Assembly (NCBI RefSeq): GCF_006345805.1
Contig: NC_043015.1
Location: 36,084,001 to 36,148,000, forward strand
Length of the DNA: 64,000 nt
Reading direction: 5' to 3'
From: Octopus sinensis
Lineage: Eukaryota
How positions within the stretch are numbered: position 1 is the stretch's first letter; each line of letters opens with the position of its first letter. The notes below the pieces were generated by a model. The model did no database searches, had not been told where the DNA came from, and was given only the letters and a program-made list of their open reading frames with translations. This document shows positions 27,355 through 42,383 of this stretch, piece after piece. The position numbers and the translations under genes are program-made.

Positions 27355-27530
27355 GTTGTGTCTGCGGAGACTCATTTTCTTTTTGTGTCTTATAATGTAA
27401 CACACTCACCGGTAAAATTTCCACTTTTTTCTTATTTTTATTTTCCTAAAATATTCGTTGCGTCTTGCAACATTTTCAATAGTCTTGACTCTGTCCGTTA
27501 TTTACACTGCGTTCCTTTATATTTGTTTGT
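27355..27530 (-). mobile_element. Short repeat with U3-A8 hammerhead-like motif at 27482-27446
   Basis: Minus strand CTA TTGAAAA T GTTGC AAGAC GCAAC GAAT ATT T TAG. Stem II is a perfect 5 bp, but A15.1 is mutated to U. Confidence 0.5.
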
Positions 27531-28229
27531 GCGCATGTGTGTGTATCAGTGTGTGTGTGTGCCTATGCATGCAGGCACGTACGTATGTATGTGTGTATGT
27601 ATGTATGTGTATTTATGTATATAAGTGTGTTCATCTGTATGTATGTAGCCTGTATATTCACGTGCTTGCAAACCGTGTTTGTGTATATTCTATGTATGTA
27701 TGCGTGTGTATGAGCGTGTTTGTATATGTATGCACCTCTGTCTCCTTGTGTGTGCATGTCTGTGTGTGTGTGTGTGTGTTATGCATCTATGTGTGTATGG
27801 ATCGATGTGCATCTCTATATGTGTGGATTCGTGTCTCCATATGTGTCCTTGTGTGGAGTAAAGTGTGTCTATATATGATCATGTGTGTTAGTCTCCATTT
27901 GCGTACGTGTGCTTGTCTGTTCTTATAAACTATATACATATCCGTCTCTATGTTGATCTGTTTATTTTCATATCCATATGCTAACATAAAAAAATACGTG
28001 CATACTTACACACTCACACCCCAAAACACATACACACACATACATACATCTATCTACATAAATCTACATAACAGTCCACTAACTATTCTACTCTACCTGT
28101 GTAAACTGTGGGTGTGGAGGTATTATATCTACTATTTATATTTCTTACTTAGTATTGGGGAGGTTTAATTTATAAGGACGTACTCCCGTATTTGTCTGAG
28201 TGTTGGGTCTTTTGCGTACTCGGATAAGA

Positions 28230-28440
28230 TGCGGATTTAGTTTACAGTATGTAGTTTACAGCATAGAAGATGCTTGTAAATACATAAACATGACATACAT
28301 AGGGGAGATATCTAGGAGAATTGCAGAAAGACTAAATGACCATTTGAGACAATATGACGACAAAAGACAGTGCTCCATACTCTACCAACATGCCAAGGAC
28401 CACTATGGAGGCAACTTGGGTCAACTTTTGTGAAATGTAT
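28230..28440 (+). mobile_element. Penelope-like GIY-YIG endonuclease remnant
   Basis: VVYSIED...TYIGEISRRIAERLNDH...SILYQHAKDH: GIY-YIG signature with the conserved Arg and His spacing. Confidence 0.75.
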
Positions 28441-28829
28441 TAAGTAATTAAGTTTTATATTTGATGAATTAAAACCGTTTAAATATTTATTACATTATTC
28501 ATTTTATCTTGACAATCGACTCCCACTTGGCATAAATAATACTTTTAATACACTTACATTATTGAAGTTGATTAATGTTCCAAATGCAGGGATCCACATT
28601 ATTGTGCTTTTCTACACATTTTTTATTTGGTTCTTATTTAGAACATGTCTTCCTAATTCAAATATTAGATGCAAAGTTAACTTAGTTCCCACTACACTCC
28701 TACTTCGCAAATATTAGAGTATCAGTCTATAATTTTTATATCGTTAGAGAGGAAAGCTGTTCTCATAAGCCTTTACTGAACTTGCCTGACTTGTGTGAAG
28801 CATGAATTAAATCAGTAACAATTGTAATA

Positions 28830-29046
28830 ATGATCTTTTCAAATGTTGATAAACGGTTAGCGTTTTTAGAGGGGACGGATTACATCGATTATATCGACCC
28901 CAGTCGTGAACTGATTTTTATTTTATTGATAACGAAAGGATAAATGGCAAAGTCGATCATGGTCAAATTTGAACTCAGAACGTAATGTGGGCGACGAAAT
29001 GGTGCTAAAATGTTCTTCGACGCACTATTCTCTGGCTCGCCGCCTT
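28830..29046 (-). mobile_element. Decayed tRNA-derived SINE
   Basis: ATCGACCCCAG, AAATTTGAACTCAGAACGT and GGCTCGCCGCC (the reverse complement of the head). Confidence 0.75.
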
Positions 29047-30879
29047 TGACCAACTCTAATAATAGTAATAATTACATGCATGCACCCTACTCACTGATAA
29101 AACCGTTTTGCATATTCTAACGATATTTAAGGAGATGGAATGGACTAGCAACGCCATCTATACATTGACTCGTGAGGTGTATCCAAATTTATTCCTTGAT
29201 CGTCTGCAGGATATTAAAAGGAGGAAGGCACATTAGAGAATATATTTCTAGAATTTCCAGGAACATAAATTAAATTCGAGTTTCTTTCGCTTTTTAAGGT
29301 CTCGTGTGGAGGTAGGAACCGTGTCGTGGATTTCGCAGATCGTACGGCGGGCAAGACAGCGCGAGATCGATGTCCTTGAAACACTGGAGTCCACCGGTTG
29401 TTGGATTGTTGCTGATTGATGGTGGTATTAGGTCAAATATTTGTGAAGTATTCTCCGTTATCGATAAAAAGAATAGAATTTACGTACATCGGTCCACCTA
29501 ATTCTACGAATAAAGACGTATTGGCTTTGCAGAGATCTACATTGACGAATAATCCCCTCTGAAATAATAGATTAAATTCAACTTGCTTTATCCATATTAC
29601 GTAAACGTATTCCTCATATCGTATATCCGGTGTTTTAGCACAATATGTAAATAAATATCTGAAGTCGTATGGAGACAGACGGAGATAGTTTTAATGTTTC
29701 CCGGCATTGATAGAATCACAAGATGTCAATGTCAACGTAACCAGGCAGGAAAGCAGATTTCTGGTTACGGAATGAAGGTGTATGGCAAGATCTGTGTACA
29801 GCAAAATTTCCGTAACATCGAGAATGCCTGAATTTCTAACGAAGTCAGATGGAGTATTTTAAGCGGGGGGGGGGGTTATTGTTGACAACAGATGATAAAA
29901 GTAGATAACTATTAATTATCTTAACGACCTAGGAAAATAAAAGGCAACGTTAACCTTCTTTGCGATTTGAACGCGTCATGCTACAGACTTAACTGTAAAG
30001 GTTATTGTGTCCGCCCGTCTCCTTCCTCATAAAACATCGCTTTAATTTTTGCTCTGTTCTAACTATCAATATGGTGACGTGAAATGCCAGCTACAAGAAG
30101 GTAAGACATATATTTTAGATCCATATCTAGTTCGTCTTTACCGACATTGAACCTCCGTTAATGTTTTATTTTATTTTCATTAATTATATGCTTCTAACGA
30201 TAAAATCTAATGAAACGGATACTCTACGAAATTAGTTTAATAATCTTTAAAATCCGTACAATATTTTTGTAAGCTATTTCATAGTCATACATATATGTGT
30301 GTGTGTGCATGTGTGTGTGTGTATGTGTGTGTGCGTGTGTGTGAATGTGTGTGTGCGCGCGTGCGTATGTGTGTGTGCGTGTGTGTTTGGGTGTGTGCAT
30401 GAGTGTGTGTGTGTTTGTGTGTGTGTATGAGTGTGTGTGTGTGAGTGTGTGTGTGTGTGTATGTGTGTGTGTGTGTGTGTGTTAGTGTGATGTATATTAA
30501 AATTTGCACTAAAAATTTCTGAAGTTTCTCGAAAAGAAAGACGCTGAAATAATTGAGATCGAAAGTAGAAAGTTAATAGCAAGAAAACAAAATATGCTTT
30601 CGATTCCTAAATGATTCTCATCCCCTCTCTCCCCCCTCTCACTGCACACACACTCACACACATACGCACGCACACACACACACACACACACACATGTATA
30701 TACATGAGGTGTGTGTGCTTAGCAAAGATGTTTAAGCAGTGTTCAAATTACCACGAGTTGTTATATGGAGACAGAAAGAAGCCGGTTTGAAGTATTTCTG
30801 CCGTTAATTGAATCGCTATCCAAAATCTAGTGTACGATAGGCGTTATCCTCAGCGGCAACGTCGTCATCATCGTTGTCA

Positions 30880-30917
<38 letters not shown>

Positions 30918-31313
30918 ACATCACCATCATCATCATCAACATGAGCGGTAGCAGTATAGTTTGCATTGACACCATAGATATTATGACTACATTTGTTATT
31001 GTTGTTACTCTTGCCAAAATAATAATAATAATAATTCTTCTTATTATTATTGATATTTAGGAAATCGACATCATCAGTCTATAGCCTCTTCTTTGTCGCC
31101 AGCACCATCATCATCATCATCATCATCCTCGTCATCAGCTTTATTATCGCAATCATCATCATCACAAGCATCACCATGGTTATTTTTAAAATTAATAATT
31201 CTTATCCTTTTTATCTGTTCCACACTGTTTACCATTAGCCGGGATATTTTGTAAATCGAAAAACTAGTCAAGAATCATAATTGAGTTATTCGATAAAGAC
31301 ATTACAACTGATT

Positions 31314-31387
<74 letters not shown>

Positions 31388-31489
31388 TACACACATAAAA
31401 GTGATTATATGTATATAAACTTATATATACATATATGTAAAAACGATTATATGTATGCATATATAAACAGATATAGAGAGTTTTGATTT

Positions 31490-31555
<66 letters not shown>

Positions 31556-31735
31556 CATACATATATATATATATTCATACATACACAAACGCATGTATAT
31601 ACACACTCACACACATATATATATATATAAATACACGCATATATATACACTCTCACACTTATATATATGTATGTACGTATGTATATGTATATATTATATA
31701 TATATAATATATATATATATATGTATGTACGTATG

Positions 31736-31783
<48 letters not shown>

Positions 31784-34314
31784 ACTAGCCTTTGGACTGG
31801 ATTTGTACTTGTGATATCTAGGCAGATGTTATAAATCATGGCTCCAATAGGAATCGAAACTGAGAGGCTGCAGACCCTGTATAACATTAAAAGGCTGATG
31901 ATTAGGCTTTGTTGGTCTAAACTGAAAGTTCTCTATAATCCCTATTTCCTGTTCTTTATCGGAGACCACTTTGAAATGATAAACATGGAATTAAATTTCC
32001 TCGATTGTGTATGCCTTTCCAACAGTCGTCACGTCTATGATAGAGGAAGGATAACAGTAAGATATGAAAGGTACGATTTTATGAAAAGAGCATCTAATTA
32101 AAAAAGACCTCATTGTATTCACCAGAGAACTACAACTGCCTTGCAACAATCCTTACACTCCAGAATGTTCCTACGCATTCTTGTTCTACGTTAAGTAAAG
32201 CTCTATTTTCTATAGTTTCCCTCTGCACTATATAAATATTTATTTATCAATAATACTTTATGAATGCAGTGATCTTCCTCCGTGCTAAATATTTCAGAGA
32301 AGTTGTTTATTTGTATTTTTAAAGCCGTTTCTCTCAATTAGTTTCTGAAATTTTTCTCGATATACTCCATCTACTTAAGTATCTCTTCATCTTTCCCCAT
32401 CGTTTCATATCTGTTTGATCTCCTTAAATACAAACAATTACATATTAACGCCAACCATGTTTTTTCTATGTTCTAATTAATTTGTTACCTGCAGAGATGT
32501 ATCTTACTCTGCTTCGCTCCCATTCTTCACTTTCTCAGGCCTAGAGCATATCTTCATACCAAACTTTAGTCTGCTATATTTGTCTTGTTGTTTTGAGAAT
32601 AAAGTTTGAGGCCACATGTAAACCAACAGAAACCTTGCCATATTCATACGATGTTCTTTGTTTGAAATAAACAAGATGGAAGTTATGAATGCAATAAAAA
32701 TAGAAACAGTTCATAAGAATTCTCTTCAGAAACAAAATACTTGATTCTACAAGTTTGGACTAGCTAACATCTATCCACAACTTTACATTACACCACACTA
32801 GGGTGTCACCCATTTGATATCATGGGTTACAAATATATCTATTGAATGGTAGTATCCATGCTGTTAATTGACAAAAATAATCACTCAAATAACAATAAGC
32901 AATAGAAACAACTTCATCATGAAATTAGTGAAATTTTACAATATATAAGGAAAACAGTATATGGAGAGTGTATGGTCTTAAGTCTAATTGGTGGAACGAC
33001 ATGCATATTTCTGTTTTATTAGAACTCAAGTAGATTTTAGCAAAGCTAAGAATTGAACAAACATCAAAGATAGAGCGATAGCAATTATCAACAATTTAGT
33101 CCCAAACCACATTTTATTGGTTTGCGGTGAGGTGTTCTGCATGATAAATACAAATAAAAGCAATGGCCTACATTATATGTGACTTAGTGAAGATAATAAA
33201 GACTTCGTTTAACTTATTTTGTATACGTATAGAAGGCAGTTTCCGATGGTTAGCCTTACTGGTTAACTTATATACTTATATTCTATTTTCCTCTGTCCTT
33301 CAAATTCATTGTATGTCAAACAGCGTTGGCTCCTATTTCTTCTTTGTATTCTTGGATTCCTGTGAGAATGAAAACCGTCCGTTTCATAAATCTTGGTTTC
33401 GGTTTGAAATGCTTGATTTTCCTGCAGAAATATTTCATGTGGATTATCATAATCCCTGTGCCTTTCGCCAGTGATTCCGTTCCATGTACTCTTTTCCCTG
33501 CTTCCAGAGTGGATTCTCCGTTTTTGATTTGTTCATTTACCTTTTTCATTTTTGGCTATTCCTTGCATATTGGATGTCTCCCAATGAAGTCCGCTTTCTA
33601 AGGATGTGTCTTTCCAATTCTTTATAATCTTGAGTATGAAGTTTACCTAAATAAATGTTTATTAAGTAGAATCAAGTCCAGTTTCCGACGAGACTACTTT
33701 TGAAGAGAATTTATCAGCCATTCAATCGAACTTTGAAAACTTACTAAACCGTCTGCATTTATTTATCATTTCCGAAATCTGTTAATTCGTTTGTTAACCG
33801 GAAAGTTTCAAGATGGTCATTAGTCATTCGTTTATTGTTTCTAATTCTACTTCCTTTACCATTTCAGTTAACACATATTCTTGCTAGGATCTAATCATGT
33901 ATTAAAACCATTGCCATTTGCTTTCATTATTCGTTCAAATATATCCACTACACTGATACTTTCGGTATTCGCTAACGAAATCCTTTCTCCGAAAACCATA
34001 TCTGATTCTTAACAAAGCATATCATACTTTATCACACAAACACACGCTCAAAAGTGCGCACGTGCACACATTCACATACACACCGGAGCACCCGCGCGCG
34101 TGCACAGAGACATATGTACATGTATAGACCCTACAATTAAGGGGCATATATAAATATATAAGTGCGCTTGTCCATATGAATGTAGATGGCTATATACGAG
34201 ACGCCCTTGTATGAATTCCATTATTGCCACACTGTCCGATGTTTAGAAACGGAACTTCCCCTGTTGGCGGGAAATCTTAGATTAAAAGTGGATCATAATC
34301 GCTTATACATAAAA

Positions 34315-34369
<55 letters not shown>

Positions 34370-35307
34370 GCGTCACAGATATGACTAACTCTACTAATGT
34401 GAGTAACTCTTCGAAAATCAAAGAGGAACAGAATGACTAATGGCATCTTTGAAACTTTCAGCTTGTATACCTGGTTATAAATTTACATTTATACAAATAA
34501 TAATTGATGCACTTAGTTTTTTGAATAAATTATGAAGCGACAATCTGGGAAGGTTAGGATCATCCGTCGCCGACCCCCACAAAAGAAAAAAAGGAAAAAG
34601 AACTCAAGCAGTTAATTTGGACATTACAAAGTCTATAATCTATAAGTGCGACAGTAAAAATATGCAAGACTTTTCTCAGGTTCAAAACAAGAATTTGTTC
34701 TTCGTTCTTACATTACAACGATGGGATTCTGGGTTTTTGATGGACATCAGTTCCTTCCGTACAGGAAGACTTCAAATAATTAAAAATAGAAGAGAACATA
34801 CACACTTATAGAAGAGAACCTACACACATGTACACATAAATACAAACTGAACAGTACATACCTATCAACAAATACGAAACTATATATAGCCAGATACATA
34901 GGCAGATATATACAAATATAGACACTCAACAATATACATAATACAAAGCCTACACAAATAAGAATAATTTTCAAATATTAACAAAACAATATTCCATTGA
35001 AAAAACACCAACAACGCCACAACAGTAAGAACAACAGAAACAAAACTCACCACCACCATCACCACCATTACCAACAACAACAACAAATGATAAGCAGGAA
35101 ATAACCAACAATATTATCAGTGTGTGTTGAAGCCAAATTTCTCAATATTAATTTTGCAAAAAAATGCTATTGTGTATTCCAAACAATTCGTATATTTCCT
35201 TCTTCAGACATGAAGTTTTTCTTTCGTTTCTGAATGCTTTGTCCTTCATTATCCGTATTGCCATTCATCAAATCTTCAATATTTTAAACTTCATTGACTT
35301 GTTATTG

Positions 35308-35308
35308 C

Positions 35309-35394
<86 letters not shown>

Positions 35395-35443
35395 GGATGT
35401 ATCTGTCTGTCTATCTATCTATGGATGTATGTATGTATGTATG

Positions 35444-35515
<72 letters not shown>

Positions 35516-35530
35516 CATGTATCTATCTAT
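35308..35530. repeat. (CTAT)n tetranucleotide microsatellite
   Basis: Directly visible. Confidence 0.95.
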
Positions 35531-36574
35531 CTCTATGGTTAACTAGCTCTATATATCATTCATATATATATATAAATTTTTACATATATTTATCTATATA
35601 CATACGTAGATATACGTATTTACCTAGACACACACACACACACTTAATACAATCCTACGACTCATATGTATTTAATATAATTTTTCATGTCTCTTTTGAT
35701 CTATTGTTTTCTCTAACACACAATCTCGTTATATGCGCGCGTGTGTGTTTGTTTGTGTGTGCATATTGATGTGTGCGTGATATATTCTCTTGTGAGTGTG
35801 TGTGTGTGCATGTGCGCGTGCGTGTGCGTGTATATGATGTGTACTCTTCGGTCGTCGTTTGTTTGCGTAGAATGAGGCATTTAACACACTTGAGAGTTAT
35901 CGATATTCCTCATACGTGGAGGCTTATTTTCGACAAGCACATTTAGTCTTACCTCAGAAGATCGTATCTCTGAACATAGAAATAATTTGATTCAGATTCT
36001 GTCTAAGTTTATTTCCAAACAGATAAACTTTTCTTAATGTATGCATCTGGTGAACATCTCACTTCTATATTTTAAAAAGATACTATGGCTCCTAGAGTGT
36101 CACAACGTATGTGTTTCTTCTGCTATACAGAGTCTGCATTTCTTTGATCCATTTTTAAATGGATTTGATCTAAGGCTGAATTTTGAATTCTCCAGCCGCG
36201 TTGTAGCTTATTAGTTTCCAGCCGTTTCGCCAATTTCGTGGTATTTCTACTATGTATTCCACTACGAGTATTTCATGAAATTGCGTCATCACAAAACTCA
36301 CAATTCCTTACGGCGGCAAGGACTGTAATTTAATGGATGGCACTGTGCATGTTCCATTCTTGGTTGTTTATTTATTTATAAAAATTCCGATCTGTATTAA
36401 AGTGCAACTTCATATAAAGGACAGCAGCAGAGAATGTCAGCCAATTAATACCCTTGCGCACTTGGAGCTCATTAATTCTGCAAAGTTTAAATACCGAGTT
36501 CTGACGAATCGCTTTTTGGTACGGTTGTGGCTAAAGCAGTATGATTCTCTGTGTATATAACTATATAAGAAAAT

Positions 36575-36588
36575 AGATTGATAGATAG

Positions 36589-36619
<31 letters not shown>

Positions 36620-36651
36620 GATAGATAGATAGATAGACAACTACATCTATG

Positions 36652-36694
<43 letters not shown>

Positions 36695-36705
36695 CTCTAT
36701 CTAGC
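36575..36705. repeat. (GATA)n followed by (CTAT)n, forming an inverted repeat
   Basis: Two complementary tetranucleotide tracts separated by a spacer of about 10 bp. Confidence 0.9.
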
Positions 36706-37059
36706 TATCTGTATATATGTATGTATGTGTATGCATACATGCATACATACATACACACATACATACATACATATGTACTCATATACATATACGAATAACA
36801 ATGCTCTTTTTGGAAGTATTAATTCGACTTCACTCAGTTATATTGATACTTTGGATTGGAATAATTTCGGAATTTTTCTTTAATTCTTTTCAATTCTTTA
36901 CAGCCATTGACTTCTTTAGTGAATCCTTTGCACAAAGAGTTCTGTTATGATATCCTGAGAAATTATATTTCTACCATTATTACTATATATATGTGCATGT
37001 GCACTATGTGTATACGTATATATATTATATGCATTTCTATACACACACACAGATATATT

Positions 37060-37092
37060 GTATGTGTATATAGATGTATTCTTTATATATAT

Positions 37093-37156
<64 letters not shown>

Positions 37157-37252
37157 CACACATTACTGCACAGGCATCTATATATATATATGTATGTATA
37201 TATATATATGCATATATATATGTATGTGTGTATGTATGTATGTATATATATA

Positions 37253-37301
<49 letters not shown>

Positions 37302-37382
37302 GTATATGTATAATATATATATATATATAATATATGTATATAGATATATGTATATATATTATATATGTAATATATATGTATA

Positions 37383-37419
<37 letters not shown>

Positions 37420-37598
37420 ATGTATATATATATGTATATATATATGTATATATATGTATATATATGTATATTATATATATATATATGTATATATTATATA
37501 TATATGTATATATATATATATATTATATGTATAATATATGTATATATATGTATATATATATATCTATATATGTGTATATATATGTATATATATGTATA

Positions 37599-37632
<34 letters not shown>

Positions 37633-37846
37633 TACGTATATATATATATATATATGTATGTATATATATATATGTATGTATATATATTATATTATATATG
37701 TATATATTATGTATATATATATATTATATATATATTATATATATATATGTTATATATATATATATATGTATAATATGTATATATATAATATATATATATG
37801 TAATATATATATATGTATATTATATATATATGTATATATATGATAT

Positions 37847-37888
<42 letters not shown>

Positions 37889-37963
37889 TATATATATTAT
37901 ATAATATATATATTATATATATATATACATATATATATATTATATACATATATATATATATAC

Positions 37964-38016
<53 letters not shown>

Positions 38017-38087
38017 GTGTATATATATATATAATGTGTATATATATATATAATGTGTATATATATATATATATATATACGTATATA

Positions 38088-38140
<53 letters not shown>

Positions 38141-38150
38141 TATATATATA
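37060..38150. repeat. About 1.1-kb degenerate (TA)n tract
   Basis: Directly visible; source of many spurious Tyr/Ile ORFs. Confidence 0.95.
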
Positions 38151-38243
38151 CGTAGATACGAAGGCAAGAATAAGAGAAATACTGATAATTTCAACATAAT
38201 CAAAGCCGCATACTTATATAAATACAGAAACACACACACATAT

Positions 38244-38283
<40 letters not shown>

Positions 38284-38819
38284 TTAATATATATGTGTTT
38301 GTGTGTGTTTGTGTGTGTGTGTGTGCTTGTATGTTTGTCTGTTTATTTGTCTGTCTGTTTATTTGTATGTATGTATGTATGTATTTATGTATGTATATAT
38401 GTGCAAGTGTGTATGCGCGTGAGTAGACAAGAGCGTTCCTGTATTTTGTTTTATCAATCTAATTGTCTCTCGCTATGAAAAAGTTTTACAATATATTAAA
38501 TATATGTTCTTTTATTGCGGAAGTTTATAGTTTACATGAAGCCAGCTATTGTTGTATAGTGTTAACTGACAAACATTATATTAAGAGTTGCGAGACATCT
38601 TTGAAATAAGCACAGCCAATAATTGAACAAATCATCGATCTTTTCTTTACGTTTGACTTATTATTATAATAAATTTTACTTTCTCTTGTCTTGTATATAT
38701 TTTTATTTTTATAATTGGTATTGAGGATGTTGTTGTTGTTATTGCTGTCAGTCTCCTAATCAACCCTGTGTAAGTACTTCTATGATGAAAGTTCGCCTCC
38801 TCTTGTTCACCCTTGTCAG

Positions 38820-39005
38820 AATTGATACTGTGCCGGGTCTAAAATGCTTAGAGTCGTTTTGTCTTTCTCCAAGTTCTGATTTCAAATTCTGCTGAGGTCG
38901 ACTTTGCCCTTCATAATTTCGTGGTTGATAGAACAAGTAACATTTGAGTACTGGGGTCGATGTAATCAACTTATTCCTTCCTCCGCAAGTGCTGAAATTG
39001 TACCA
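38820..39005 (+). mobile_element. Decayed tRNA-derived SINE
   Basis: TTCAAATTCTGCTGAGGTCGACTTTGCC...GTACTGGGGTCGATGTAATC core. Confidence 0.7.
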
Positions 39006-39007
39006 AA

Positions 39008-39095
<88 letters not shown>

Positions 39096-39109
39096 CCACC
39101 AGCACCAGC

Positions 39110-39143
<34 letters not shown>

Positions 39144-39179
39144 TCATCATGATCATCATTCAGTAGTCTTATTTTTATC

Positions 39180-39545
39180 ACGTGCTTTCACTGCATATCG
39201 AACGCAGATCTGTGTACCTTGGGTATGTTCTGGGATTGCTCTTATTTTTACTGTATTGGAAGTGTTTTACGTAGGATGTGTGCGGTGCCTAGTAAAGCTA
39301 TTTTTTGTATGTTGTATATACTTGTTAGCCCTGGTGATTTTTTTTTTATTTATTTGTCTGAATGTTTTTGTTTTTTTTATCATACCTAACGTGCCTATTA
39401 TGATGGGAGTTGTTTTTGTTTCTAGACTCCGCATTCGAATTACCTCGAAGTAGATAATTTTTTTTATTCCACAACGTGTTTGTAGTGGATTCATGCAGAT
39501 ACAGCGTGGATTCGATCCTCGATTACCAAATTTCACTTAACACTT
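39180..39545 (-). mobile_element. R4/Dong-like LINE C-terminal remnant
   Basis: SLETKTTPIIIGTLGMIKK...IQ, the same motif as at 1-130. Confidence 0.6.
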
Positions 39546-41174
39546 CAACAGCGCTTTTCTTGCGGTAAAACGATAGATTTCTGTGAATGACAGCAGTTAT
39601 ACATTTCCCAGATGCCTTTGCTAAGTAGAATGACTTTGCCTCTCGCCAACCTCCAAAAACCTCTCTCGCCAGTCTCTCCCTGTTCCAGCTGACAGATCTG
39701 TGTACCTTTTCGTGACGGAAAATACACCTTTGTGGGAGTTATAACGAATTTGCTTTCTTATATCAGAGTAATAAGGCGTTTCAATAGAACAACTTTACCC
39801 CCTGGAATTACCGGGTACACCAGCTAGTAAATAAATAAACTAAAAATTCCCAAGGCTCCGAACATTGTGATCGAACACGGATGCACAGAATAACTTCTTA
39901 ACTATTATGCTATGTCGATGCTTCTACGCAAAGTGAATATTTTGTATCCGCCATGTTTGAAGGAAAGAGAAAGAAATCACTTTTGCATTTTACTTCATAA
40001 TATAAACAGATGTAGCTAATTAGTTGCACGGTAATCAATTAATTAAATAATACAAGTTAATTACTTAGATACTCTGTCATTTCTGATAACAGTTCCCTCT
40101 TCGTGCTTGCACGTGGTGGCTGCAATTGCTAGAAATATCAACAAAATCCGCTTTGATTTACACCATAATAGCTTAAAGGTGGAAAAGATCTCATAAGAGA
40201 CAATAATATAGATAATTACATTTGACCGTATTTTAACTCGGTTACCTCGGATAGGACTGGAAGTAGCAGCAGTGGCAGCAGTGGCAGCAGTGACAATATT
40301 AGCCACCACAACGACGACGACGAGCGTTCGTAAATAATTACTACCTTAGCAAATGAACAGAAACGTGTAATTCGATTGAATCTACCAAAATTGTCGACTC
40401 ATCCATATTTGTTTTTTTGTTTTTTAACAGAATAAGATTTGCTATCATCGAGATTCCGATAGAATTCTTAGTGCGTGGATTGGCGTCATCGATGACTTTC
40501 CCTGTAGGCATCCAAAAGCCAATTATTATGTAGCATGACAAGATGGTTGAGTGCAAAAATTAGTTCAGCTGTTGGTAGATCGTTTGTTTAATTTATGGCT
40601 GAGTTCAAAACAGGACTGGATAAAGTGTCAGTTTTTTTTCTGGTATTTTCCTTTTGATTTTAATCTATTTGTGGCCAAAATCATGAGAAAGAACTGTGGA
40701 TAGACAGAAATGATGAGAGTGAGTGTCTTTGCAGTATCTATTTCCGATCTTTGAATTTCGCTTTCAAACTCCGGCAGTCATCGATAAAATACTCATAACG
40801 GGAACCAGTACGTTGGAGATCCCCGTAAGGATAATAAACCCTGTATGACAGAACCTGCAACCCATCTCTTGAATTACATAATCGTGGCTTCAAAGAGCAT
40901 GTAAAAGAAAACGCATTATGCACAAAAATAAAGGCTTAAGTAAAAATGACACAAATTATAATACTATGCTTGTTGATTTTATAATTCATTTGCCGGGATC
41001 GATTAAATAAAATCCTAATTAAAAACTGCTATCGATCAAAGCAATTAGATTTCTCTACAACAATAAAATATAGTCAGATGCAGCTCACGTTAGAAATCCT
41101 TAGTTTCAAAGTCTCATCATAAAAGAGAGACTGAATGCTCTTCCATAAAATACTGACTTAAGAGAGTCGATAGA

Positions 41175-41600
41175 GCATCGGATAGATTGCACTGCAATAT
41201 TTATTGCTATGATACCGAGTTCAAATCCAGGCGAAATCGACTTTGGTTTTCATCCTTCTCGAACGGAAAAATACAGAACCAGTGACAGATTTTTCTCACA
41301 GAGCCATGAGATCAACAGGATAGTTTCCATTTTTGTTTAATGATTCATTGGTGGCGGCGGAAAGAATAATTGGGGGTGATGAAGAATTCCAATTGGATGA
41401 TGATAGGTGGCAGAATTGTTAGAAGACGGGACAAAAGGCTTAGCTTTATTTCAACTGACTTTACGTTCTGAGATCATCTTTGCTTTTCTTCCGTTCGAGG
41501 TCGGTGAAATAAGTACGAATTGAGGCACTGTGGGTCATTGCAATCGACTTACACACCCAACATAAACATTGCTGGTTTTGTGTGAAAATTTGAAACCGAT
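41175..41600 (+). mobile_element. Two decayed SINE copies (about 41175-41290 and 41400-41600)
   Basis: GAGTTCAAATCCAGGCGAAATCGACTTTGG core in the first copy; TTGCTGGTTTTGTGTGAAAATTTGAAACC tail in the second. Confidence 0.6.
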
Positions 41601-42383
41601 ATTATATTCGACAGTGACGAAGTTTACCCTAGCGGGATTTGAAGTGAGATTCGAAATAAATGATCGTTAAAGATCCAAAGAACATTTTGAGATATTTCAA
41701 TAAATTTGAGATGCATAGAAGAGACAAAATGTGACAAAATCCTTTTATTTTGATGATCTCACCCAGCAGACTAGACATTCTAGCCACAACAGCTTAGCAG
41801 CCTAACTTTTAATGATCATAAGACAGTGAATTATCGTTTAGGAAAGTAATACAATTCATTTTATCATTACTAAGTAACTGAATGCCTCCCATTCAATGGG
41901 ATCCAAGAGGAATTAAGTAAAACGATTAGTTCTGAGAAATCTGAATTTGAAAAGAAGGCAAACTTCAGTAAATAAATCACAGTTCATTTTATCCAGGGTC
42001 TATCATTGCTAAAACAATTTCTGACATTGACACACTACCCGCAATATAGCAGAAGGAGGATGCACAATTAAATGAGCTTCAGTAATTGCTAAATACCTCC
42101 ATTCGCATTGTTACAAAAAAGGATTCAGCATTTCTCTTGGCTTCTACACTTTGTTCACAGCCTTTTTGCTTCTGAGGATATCGTATCTGCAAGGAAGATA
42201 CGCCTAAGCAGTTTTACCACCGAAAGTTCTGAAGACGGGAATATAGTGAGTAAAATCTGAAAGACGTTTGAAGTAAATTATTGACGCTATGACTCGGGAA
42301 TTTTACACCGAAATATAAGCAATACAAAATAATTCTATGGGGATATACTATTCAAATATACAATTGCTGTAACCCACTGTACA

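Noticed and set aside
31800-33800. Possible very old L1/Tx1-like LINE on the minus strand
   Set aside because: Only a purine-rich strand bias and a vague YLG-like resemblance; no convincing motif.
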